A stretch of DNA of 64,000 bases from a virus (Duplodnaviria; Caudoviricetes): IMG/VR virus record IMGVR_UViG_3300005670_000019; one strand, given 5' to 3'. Under the pieces are notes generated by a model. That model was not told where the DNA came from. It saw only the letters and a program-made list of their open reading frames with translations, and ran no database searches. Positions 56,614 through 64,000 of this stretch are shown piece by piece. The translations under genes were made by a program, and so were the position numbers. The stretch's first letter is position 1. Each line of letters starts with the position of its first letter.

Positions 56614-57516
56614 ATGAAAATACTTGTTACAGGCGGTTTGGGTTTTGTTGGATCTCATCTTGTTGATGAACTTTGTAAAGACCCGCGAAATGAAGTTTAT
56701 GTCATTGACAACCTCTGTTCTGCTTCATCTACTTTAGACAACAGAAACAATAAGGCAACTTATTGGATTGATGATATCCGAAAGTTGACTGTTACAAAAA
56801 AGTATGAAGACGAACATTTTGATCTAATTTTTCATCTTGCTGCGCTTGCCAGGATTCAGCCTTCATTCAAAGACCCATTGGAATACATGTCAGTTGATGT
56901 ATTCGGAACTTCATGTGTCTTGGAATACGCAAGGACAAGACCAAAAGGAAAAGCCAAGGTTGTTTACGCAGGAAGCTCAACGGCTTTTAGCGATGTAAAC
57001 CTAAATCCATATGCTTTTGCAAAATACACAGGTGAACAAACCTGCAAGATGTATTCAGAGGTCTTCGATGTTTCAACAGTTGTTGCACGCTTCTTCAATG
57101 TCTACGGAAACAGACAACCTGCAAGTGGAGACTATGCAACCCTCATAGGCATTTTTGAAAACCTCACAAAGCAAAACAAACCCCTGACGGTAACTGGCAA
57201 TGGAGAACAACGAAGAGATTTTACTCACGTTTCTGATATTGTTTCAGGGCTCCTTGCTTTGTCAAAGGGATACCATACTGGAGAAGTTTATCAGCTTGGA
57301 ACAGGAACAAACTATTCAATCAACGAGATTGCAAGAATGTTCAAGGGAATGATTGTTAGAGTTCCAGCAAGACCAGGCGAAGCAAAAGAGACACTTGCAG
57401 ATATTAGTCTCATGAAGAAATGCTTCAGTTGGCAACCAAAAGTAAACCTTGAAGACTACGTTCAGAATTTCATTCAAAACCTTCAAACTGATGAAATCAT
57501 GCATCATCCTGTCTAA
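56614..57516 (+). CDS. NAD-dependent NDP-sugar epimerase/dehydratase (extended SDR)
   Basis: LVTGGLGFVGSHL, HLAA, YAFAK, RFFNVYG, RDFTHVSD. Confidence 0.95.
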   Translation: MKILVTGGLGFVGSHLVDELCKDPRNEVYVIDNLCSASSTLDNRNNKATYWIDDIRKLTVTKKYEDEHFDLIFHLAALARIQPSFKDPLEYMSVDVFGTSCVLEYARTRPKGKAKVVYAGSSTAFSDVNLNPYAFAKYTGEQTCKMYSEVFDVSTVVARFFNVYGNRQPASGDYATLIGIFENLTKQNKPLTVTGNGEQRRDFTHVSDIVSGLLALSKGYHTGEVYQLGTGTNYSINEIARMFKGMIVRVPARPGEAKETLADISLMKKCFSWQPKVNLEDYVQNFIQNLQTDEIMHHPV

Positions 57517-58151
57517 TGCAAATTAAAACGAAAGAATATTCTGTTCGAAGTTTCGAACATTTGCGTCACGAGGAACTTGGTCAACTGGATGTTTTTGATC
57601 GTTTTGTTCCCGGATCATTGTGGAACTTTACAGCTTTCAAAGGGGCTTTCATTACCACATCTGGCATGAGTGATGAAGAGTTTTTTGGAACAACATTTAT
57701 TTATTTGAACAGAGGCGTAAGAGATATTGCAAAATTCTTTCAATTCTCATTGAAGAATATTTCTTTTCTTGAAGTAGATCCGGATAGCCCTATTGTTATA
57801 TTGGACAAGTATCTAGTTGTTGACAATACAAAACAAAAGGTTCTTACGGAATGGAATTTTGATGGATCTCATGTTCTTCTAATGAATGCGGTCGTGGCTA
57901 TGAAAGTCCTTCATAAGGAAACCTTCGCTTTCGCAAAGATGAACATCCAAATCCTTTTGGGGAAAAAAGAGGAAAAAGATTGGGAACCCATTACCGAAGA
58001 AGTCGCAAAATTTCGGAAAAAGGGATGGGAAGTTTGCCCTGCGATTGTGCTTGATTTTTGGAAGCCCTTGGTATCCGACATGATACCATCCAAGAATGGA
58101 ACAGAGGATTGTCCCCAAAAGGGGACAAGTGTTTACATGACGAATACTTGA
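57516..58151 (+). CDS. hypothetical protein
   Basis: 211 aa, TAATG overlap. Confidence 0.7.
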   Translation: MQIKTKEYSVRSFEHLRHEELGQLDVFDRFVPGSLWNFTAFKGAFITTSGMSDEEFFGTTFIYLNRGVRDIAKFFQFSLKNISFLEVDPDSPIVILDKYLVVDNTKQKVLTEWNFDGSHVLLMNAVVAMKVLHKETFAFAKMNIQILLGKKEEKDWEPITEEVAKFRKKGWEVCPAIVLDFWKPLVSDMIPSKNGTEDCPQKGTSVYMTNT

Positions 58152-58174
58152 TTTTTCCGGCAATTTTATATTAC

Positions 58175-58203
58175 TTGAAAATCAACGCATTCCATGTTAT
58201 TGT
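58175..58203 (+). promoter_or_regulatory. early promoter, predicted leaderless
   Basis: TTGAAA-17bp(TGT)-TATTGT, 6 nt before ATG 58210. Confidence 0.85.
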
Positions 58204-58209
58204 AGAAGC

Positions 58210-58641
58210 ATGATCACGCACTACCTCTACAACGTCCAACTGATGACCACGTACGCATTCATGGAGGGCATGAAGGAAGGCGACCCCATGACCGTTGTGA
58301 AGACGGTGGCACGTCCGTCCCCGCAAGACGTCGAGCTTCATTCAGAGGTTTTGCTCTGCGACGACGCTGAGAAGCTTTGGAAAAAGCTTGAGAAAACGGG
58401 ATATTCCACTTTCGAGGACTTTGTGCAGAAGAACCCCGAATTCTACGGGGCACCTTGTCGCCCACAAAAGACGGCATGTTTTCATTCTGGTCTGGCGAAG
58501 TGGGAAAGCGTCGAAAAGATGAAGGAAGCCTTCTTTCGTAGCTTTCACCCCGCGGGATATGGCTCGTATGTCGATGTTTTTTGGACGGGCTTGAACGACG
58601 TGGTCTTTTGGAAGGCTTCGCGCACTTCGAGCTGCGACTGA
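58210..58641 (+). CDS. hypothetical early protein, GC-rich codons
   Basis: own promoter and terminator. Confidence 0.75.
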   Translation: MITHYLYNVQLMTTYAFMEGMKEGDPMTVVKTVARPSPQDVELHSEVLLCDDAEKLWKKLEKTGYSTFEDFVQKNPEFYGAPCRPQKTACFHSGLAKWESVEKMKEAFFRSFHPAGYGSYVDVFWTGLNDVVFWKASRTSSCD

Positions 58642-58673
58642 AAAACCCTGAAATTTCACACACAAACAACCGA

Positions 58674-58706
58674 GGGGATGGGGGCAACAGCCCCCATTTC
58701 TTTTTC
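58674..58706 (+). terminator. intrinsic terminator
   Basis: ATGGGGGC-AACA-GCCCCCAT-TTCTTTTT. Confidence 0.85.
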
Positions 58707-58716
58707 TGGATATTGG

Positions 58717-58745
58717 TTGAAAATCGCTTCGAACTGTGTTATAGT
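58717..58745 (+). promoter_or_regulatory. early promoter, predicted leaderless
   Basis: TTGAAA-17bp(TGT)-TATAGT, 6 nt before ATG 58752. Confidence 0.85.
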
Positions 58746-58751
58746 GGAAGC

Positions 58752-60059
58752 ATGATGAAGGTTCAAGAATATCTCCTGACGCACTCCTTGAGCGACCTTG
58801 CCCGCGAGCACGGCGTTTACGCACGTGTAGCAGACCACAAGTTTTCGCTCAACTACGACCAGATCGAGGCTCGCGACAGCGACGAGATTGCTCAGGAATG
58901 TCGCGGACTTGTGTTGACTCCATCCGATCACCGCACGGTTTCGCAGGATGAAATCGTTGGAAACACCCTCGTGATGGCACGTACGATGCGTCGTTTCTTC
59001 AACTATGGTCAGGAAGCTGCTGCGAAGGTAGACTTCGACCACAAGGAAACGCGTATCTACGAAAAGTTGGATGGGACGCTTTGCATCCTCTACTTCGATT
59101 TCGTGATGCAAAAGTGGTGTGTGGCAACGCGTTCGGTTCCGAACGCTGACCTTCCGATCGACGGGTTCGGAGATTGGACTTTCTCGTCTCTTTTCTGGCA
59201 TTCGTTGGCAGAAAGCTCGTGTCAGTCGGGGGTGAAGGACTCCGCAAAGCAGAATGAAATTCGTGTTGTGTTGCCCGTTTCAAACGTTCCGGGGCAACGA
59301 GAAGTGAAGTTGCAATCCGTCGCTTCGGACTTGACCTTTTGTTTCGAACTTACGACTCCTGAAAATCAGGTCGTGGTTCGTTACGACGATTACAAGGTGA
59401 CGCTTCTGTCTGTCATCGACAATGTTTATGGGGAAGAGTTTCTGCCGGACGACTATGCATCGATGCTTGGCGTGGAAACTCCTGTTTCGCATCGCTTGTC
59501 TTCCGTCACCGAACTGATGGATTTCGTGTCCAATCGCGACCCGAAGGCATTCGAAGGCGTCGTTGTTTGTGACCACAATTTCAATCGTGTGAAGATCAAG
59601 TCGGCAGGATATCTTGCCTACAATAAGATCCGCGACAACGTTTTGAAGTCGCCTCGTGCTCTTTTGGAAGTAATTCTCCTCGAAAAGCTCGACGACGTTT
59701 CCGTTGTTCTTTCGGACGGGCAGAAGAAGGTCGCGTTCGAAATGGCAGAAAAGTATCGTCAGTTCGTCCACCAACAGAACGAGCTTTTCAACGACCTCTT
59801 GGCATACATTGCCGAAGAGAATGAGAAGCTTGGATGGCGCTGGGATTTCGGGGATGCAGAGCAGCGAAAGTGTTTTGCACTCGAAGTACAGCGTCGTAAG
59901 GCAAACATCGGACCGATGATGCAGCTTTACAAGCTCAAGTGCGCGAACGTTTGGAAAACGCCGTCGTTCTCGGACTACATAAACGCTCAAAAGGACCCGC
60001 AACATGGGTGGTCGAACGCTTTCTTGGATGGGATTCTTTCTCAACTTCCGAAGGATTGA
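58752..60059 (+). CDS. T4 Rnl1-family RNA ligase
   Basis: ECRGLV, RFFNYG, EKLDGT, FELTTPEN..VV.Y, EGVVV, RVKIKS. Confidence 0.9.
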   Translation: MMKVQEYLLTHSLSDLAREHGVYARVADHKFSLNYDQIEARDSDEIAQECRGLVLTPSDHRTVSQDEIVGNTLVMARTMRRFFNYGQEAAAKVDFDHKETRIYEKLDGTLCILYFDFVMQKWCVATRSVPNADLPIDGFGDWTFSSLFWHSLAESSCQSGVKDSAKQNEIRVVLPVSNVPGQREVKLQSVASDLTFCFELTTPENQVVVRYDDYKVTLLSVIDNVYGEEFLPDDYASMLGVETPVSHRLSSVTELMDFVSNRDPKAFEGVVVCDHNFNRVKIKSAGYLAYNKIRDNVLKSPRALLEVILLEKLDDVSVVLSDGQKKVAFEMAEKYRQFVHQQNELFNDLLAYIAEENEKLGWRWDFGDAEQRKCFALEVQRRKANIGPMMQLYKLKCANVWKTPSFSDYINAQKDPQHGWSNAFLDGILSQLPKD

Positions 60060-60067
60060 TTAATTCT

Positions 60068-60859
60068 ATGATTACTCTTTTTGTGTTTTTGCAGCTTGGA
60101 GTCGTTCCTGACATTCAAGCATTGATGGACACCGAGAATGCCATCGTGGCAAGTGCTGATGAAGCACAAACTTTGATTGGTTCAAGAACCACAGAGTTTC
60201 GTCTTTGGGGTCGTTATCGAAACAGAGCACGAAATATCCAAAGGGCTTCACGGGCAATCGATGGAATTACAATTCAGCCTGGAGAGGTTTTCTCCTTCAA
60301 TGAGACTGTTGGACCTCGAACGCTTCGTCGTGGTTATCGCCACGCTCCAGCAATCCTCCGAGGAGAGTTGAGCGAAAGTGTTGGTGGAGGGGTGTGCCAG
60401 GTTGCTTCCACAATCTTTGCTGCTGCGCTTGAAGCAGGCATGGATTTTGTTGAGGTTACGCCTCATTCCAGATACATGTCATACATCGATCCGGGCTATG
60501 ACGCAACAGTCTTCTATGGAAGCAAGGATTTTCGTTTCAGAAACCCGTTTCATTTTCCAGTAACTCTATCAGTTCAGGTTCATGAAAACCAACTGATCGT
60601 GGAGTTTTATGGAAAGGAACGTGTATATGATGTCGAGATTGCAATCAATCAGATGGAGTTTGAAGAACGAGAAGTTGTTCGAATTCCAAACGGAAACTTG
60701 CCCGAAGGTCGTTGTCGTGTCATTGAACGTGGGACGGATGCTTTGAAGATTAGGCGTTCGGTTCGTTTCATTCCTCTTGTTCAAGGATATGAAGAGCGTA
60801 TCTGGTTCGACGAAATCCGTTATGAAAGTTCAGATAGAATTCTGGAATGTAACCGATGA
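60068..60859 (+). CDS. VanW-family protein with C-terminal G5-like segment
   Basis: IQPGEVFSFN..VGPR, GGGVCQVASTIF, PHS....Y..PGYDATV, DFRFRN. Confidence 0.9.
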   Translation: MITLFVFLQLGVVPDIQALMDTENAIVASADEAQTLIGSRTTEFRLWGRYRNRARNIQRASRAIDGITIQPGEVFSFNETVGPRTLRRGYRHAPAILRGELSESVGGGVCQVASTIFAAALEAGMDFVEVTPHSRYMSYIDPGYDATVFYGSKDFRFRNPFHFPVTLSVQVHENQLIVEFYGKERVYDVEIAINQMEFEEREVVRIPNGNLPEGRCRVIERGTDALKIRRSVRFIPLVQGYEERIWFDEIRYESSDRILECNR

Positions 60860-61161
60860 ACGCTAAATGGGCACAGAAGTTTTATAATGTTTATGAACGG
60901 AATGAATTCGTAAACAAAAATGCTCAAAAATTTGTTGATATTCTCTCAAAATATAAAGGACAGCTTATCATTCATAACGTTGAACCAATGATCCTAATAG
61001 ACATTGGTAAACTAATTGGACCAATTGAAACTGCGCTGGAAGCGACGGTTATTCAAATTCAGCCACTTGATCAAATTGAACGTTTTGTTTTGTTTTTTGA
61101 TTGGATTTGGCTTCCCACGGAGACGGAAGAAAATATTTGGTTACTCGACATGGTCGAGTAA
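60856..61161 (+). CDS. hypothetical protein
   Basis: ATGA overlap. Confidence 0.65.
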   Translation: MNAKWAQKFYNVYERNEFVNKNAQKFVDILSKYKGQLIIHNVEPMILIDIGKLIGPIETALEATVIQIQPLDQIERFVLFFDWIWLPTETEENIWLLDMVE

Positions 61162-61163
61162 TT

Positions 61164-61472
61164 TCACATTTGTCGCTTCAAAAGTTCCCAACTTGCACTA
61201 AGTCCGGAAACCAATTTTTTCAAGAAACCAGCTCTTGTCAAAGTAATTCTGTTTCTTTCAGCCAAATCTTTGTCAAAGCTTCTGCCTTCTGGTGGCATAA
61301 CTTCAAGCTCGCCCTCTTCGGCGAGCTTTTTTGCTTCATCAATTGTTTTGGAAATGAAGGTGTCAACTTTCTTGATATAAGAACTTGTTGGGTCTTCTTT
61401 TGCTTCATGAAGCTTTGCGCGTACAGTCTTTCTTACAAGACTTTCTAATTGTTTTGATGTTATTTTTGCCAT
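61164..61472 (-). CDS. putative head-internal protein
   Basis: leader KITSKQLESLVRKTVRAKLHE. Confidence 0.55.
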   Translation of the reverse strand: MAKITSKQLESLVRKTVRAKLHEAKEDPTSSYIKKVDTFISKTIDEAKKLAEEGELEVMPPEGRSFDKDLAERNRITLTRAGFLKKLVSGLSASWELLKRQM

Positions 61473-62984
61473 TCAAACCATCTCCAAACGTTCTGCCAAA
61501 ACTTGACAAAGTTTCTTGCATTGCTCCCAGTCGCCTTTACGCAAGCATTCTTTCATGTCTTCAAGGACAGAAAAACAATATTTTTGTGTTGCTCTTGTTG
61601 ATGAACGTTCTTCAAGTTGCTCTTGAAGAACATCTCGAATGATCTTTTCCAATCCTTCGTTTGTGAGTTTCTTTTTCATACTTTTTAGCTCCATGAGTGC
61701 ATGTTGAGGATTAGTTGCCAGAATGCCTCTGCCACCCGCTTTTTGAAAAGCAACAACATTCTCTTTTTTATCATCAATAAGTATTGAGTTCGCTGAAGCA
61801 AATGCAGCTTTTTCTTTTCCGGAACGTGTTATATGAACGGGAATGCCTGCTCCAAGATTATTTGCAACCCATCGTTTCTTTCCTTCATGGGCTTCATCAG
61901 ATTTAGGAGACGCTGTGAGGACTTCAACTTTATAGTGCTTGGAAGCATACTCAAATAGTTCTTTGGCTCCTGGGAGCATTTCTGCTGTTTCCCAAAACTC
62001 AATAGAACCAATTGTGTCTGTCGGTTTCAATCCAGTTTTCTTCAACTGACCTCTATAGTCACTCAGAGTTTCATCAAGATCAAAATACACTTTCCATCGT
62101 TGTGGTCTTGCAGAAAATACAGACATTTGCTCAAGAAGATTTGGAACTCCTTGAGGCAATTTGGAAACTTCTTTTGAAAACATCTCAGCTATTTCTTTTC
62201 GAAACTGTGGATATTTGAACTTTGGTGAATTGAACAATGCTTTCAGTTTTTCGAAAGATTGCATATCTTCCCATTTGACAGAAGAACCAAAAAGAAAGTT
62301 AGCTAACTTGTCAGGGTTTGCCGAGATTGGTTTGGAAGAAATTTTCTCGAACTTTTCCTTACCTGTCTTTGTTACTTGTTTTATGACTGTGTCTTTTCTG
62401 AACCCATCACGAAAGTTCATTACATATCGTTCAAACTCATTCTCTTTTCCTGTTGGGAAAACAAGACTGTTGAATATGCAATATAACAAAACGTTTCGAT
62501 ATGAAGCTTTGAACTTGCTATCTGCTGGAGCTCCAGAATTAATTCCTGTCATCCATTCGAGATTTCCAATAAAAACATCAATTTGAATTAAGCCAGGCTT
62601 ACCTTTGATTTGTTTACCTTCTGCATCAAAGGCAGAAATTTGCTTACCAGATTTATCAATCAAAGGAACAAGAAGATGGATTTGAGACAAACCTTTTACT
62701 ATTCTTGTTGGAGTTGAGACTGTATCCAAATACTTTTTCAACTCTTCAAAAAAGGTGTCCTTGTCTGTTGATTTGATTTTCAAAAATTTTGCCAAATCTT
62801 TTACATCAACAGCAATGTCAATATCTCCAAAAAAGTCTTTCAACTTGTTTCCAACAACCTCATAACGCAAACCACCGAAACCCGCAAGTTTCAGTGCATT
62901 TGAGATATTCACGTCAAGTAATGGTTTTGGAACAGTGCTGTTGACTTCCGGAAATGCATGTCCACCTTCTTTCAAGATGTTCAT
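61473..62984 (-). CDS. Pol-beta-like nucleotidyltransferase + NT5C-like HAD nucleotidase + C-terminal leader-bearing peptide
   Basis: VVG.....GDIDIAV and IQIDV; FDLDETLSD, VLTAS, ILIDD..EN...F..AGG. Confidence 0.7.
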   Translation of the reverse strand: MNILKEGGHAFPEVNSTVPKPLLDVNISNALKLAGFGGLRYEVVGNKLKDFFGDIDIAVDVKDLAKFLKIKSTDKDTFFEELKKYLDTVSTPTRIVKGLSQIHLLVPLIDKSGKQISAFDAEGKQIKGKPGLIQIDVFIGNLEWMTGINSGAPADSKFKASYRNVLLYCIFNSLVFPTGKENEFERYVMNFRDGFRKDTVIKQVTKTGKEKFEKISSKPISANPDKLANFLFGSSVKWEDMQSFEKLKALFNSPKFKYPQFRKEIAEMFSKEVSKLPQGVPNLLEQMSVFSARPQRWKVYFDLDETLSDYRGQLKKTGLKPTDTIGSIEFWETAEMLPGAKELFEYASKHYKVEVLTASPKSDEAHEGKKRWVANNLGAGIPVHITRSGKEKAAFASANSILIDDKKENVVAFQKAGGRGILATNPQHALMELKSMKKKLTNEGLEKIIRDVLQEQLEERSSTRATQKYCFSVLEDMKECLRKGDWEQCKKLCQVLAERLEMV

Positions 62985-62987
62985 GGT

Positions 62988-63377
62988 TCATGCCTTTGGA
63001 ATATTTCCGCCTGGTCTTGGAATCGTTGATTGAGCTGGTGTTGCTTTGATTACTTTAGCCGTTTCCTTAGAACCATCATCTTCACGAGGAAATGTAGCCA
63101 ATTTAGCAACAGCCTCTTGAACTGCTGAAACGACTCTTGATTGCATCTCTTCAACGACGCTTACATACTGCTTTTGAAGAGCCTCATCAAGTGTATCAGG
63201 ATCAACCAAGTTCAAGGTATCAACAATCTTCTTCTCGAAGTCCATCGTATGCTCTTTTGCAAGCAACGTAAGTTTACGCTTTGCTGAAAGAGTTGCACTT
63301 TCGTTCAGCAATCGTTTCTTGAGGCTTTCACGAACCAAGCCTCTCAATTGATTTTCATTCATTTTTATCTTGCTCAT
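62988..63377 (-). CDS. putative head-internal protein
   Basis: leader KMNENQLRGLVRESLKKRLLNE. Confidence 0.55.
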   Translation of the reverse strand: MSKIKMNENQLRGLVRESLKKRLLNESATLSAKRKLTLLAKEHTMDFEKKIVDTLNLVDPDTLDEALQKQYVSVVEEMQSRVVSAVQEAVAKLATFPREDDGSKETAKVIKATPAQSTIPRPGGNIPKA

Positions 63378-63385
63378 TTTTTACC

Positions 63386-64000
63386 TCAAAAACCTTTTGC
63401 GAACATTAGAAGTCTATTTGATACAGCACTTAGAACAATATCATTTTCACTTTGAAGCTGTTGAACAATTGAATTCAACTGTTCAGGTGTTATTGACCTA
63501 TCTGTGATGATTGACTTCACTACTGTAAGTATTTGCTGAATGTTTTGATTTTCTTCAGCCATTTTCTTTGCTTCTTCAACAGCAAACTCTACTGGATCGG
63601 TTGGTTCTTCTGGTTCTTCCGGTGCTTCTTCTCCTGCACCATCTTCACCTTCACCCCCAAAATCTCCTCCGTCATCGCTGCCACCAAAATCGAAGCCTCC
63701 GCCTCCGCCACCAAATCCTCCGGACATTCCTCCACCGAAGTCCATATCATCTCCGCCTTCGGTATCTAACTCACCGTCTTCTCCGACGCCAGGTTCACCA
63801 CCTAAATCTCCAGTAGAAGTATCTCCTCCACCAGCATCAAGGTCAAGACCACCTTCTGCATCAATATCAGCATCTCCGGAAGTATCTGCTCTGGCATCAT
63901 CAGCGGGAGGTTCGGGAATGTTCAACTCCGGTTCAGGAGCATCTTGCTCTTTCAAAAGAGCCTCTTTCAAAACTCTTTTCAGACGACTGGAAATACTTTC
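63386..64000 (-). CDS. putative head-internal/scaffold-like protein (5' end outside window)
   Basis: frame open to the window edge (ESISSRLKRVLKEALLKEQ); acidic Gly-rich linker. Confidence 0.6.
   Translation of the reverse strand, partial: ESISSRLKRVLKEALLKEQDAPEPELNIPEPPADDARADTSGDADIDAEGGLDLDAGGGDTSTGDLGGEPGVGEDGELDTEGGDDMDFGGGMSGGFGGGGGGFDFGGSDDGGDFGGEGEDGAGEEAPEEPEEPTDPVEFAVEEAKKMAEENQNIQQILTVVKSIITDRSITPEQLNSIVQQLQSENDIVLSAVSNRLLMFAKGF

Noticed and set aside
1-64000. Stop-codon recoding, tRNA genes, reverse transcriptase/DGR, restriction nucleases paired with the MTases
   Set aside because: Genes tile the window in the standard code with all three stops used; no cloverleaf, RT motif or REase-like neighbour was recognised by eye

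Overview
AT-rich, densely coding 64 kb segment of a large (jumbo-type) tailed dsDNA phage, probably a myovirus. It uses the standard genetic code; no tRNA, CRISPR array, integrase or transposase was seen. Recognisable genes: DNA polymerase III alpha (dnaE), RadA/Sms-like ATPase, two orphan adenine MTases, two HNH nucleases, Fe/Mn SOD, IF-1, peptide deformylase, Rnl1-type RNA ligase, P-loop kinase, HAD and HD phosphoesterases, SLT transglycosylase, M23-like protein, VanW protein, VWA-metallopeptidase, NDP-sugar epimerase, a CoaB-aldolase fusion, a three-gene baseplate module and a holin/spanin-like cluster. Four tandem arrays of diverged small paralogues fill much of the rest. Reading the raw DNA shows a regulatory layer not visible in the ORF track. 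(1) There are 21 copies of a sigma70-type promoter (TTGAAA-17 bp-TANNNT, mostly extended TGn); 11 sit only 5-6 nt before an ATG, which predicts leaderless mRNAs, including dnaE. (2) A separate CTATTTA-like motif precedes late/virion genes, once with a hairpin hiding the RBS. (3) A 19-22 bp element occurs three times. (4) A shared N-terminal leader ending in L-x-E is found on SOD, on an NTase-HAD fusion and on several small proteins, suggesting capsid-packaged enzyme cargo. All functional calls come from motif recognition by eye; no database search was run.
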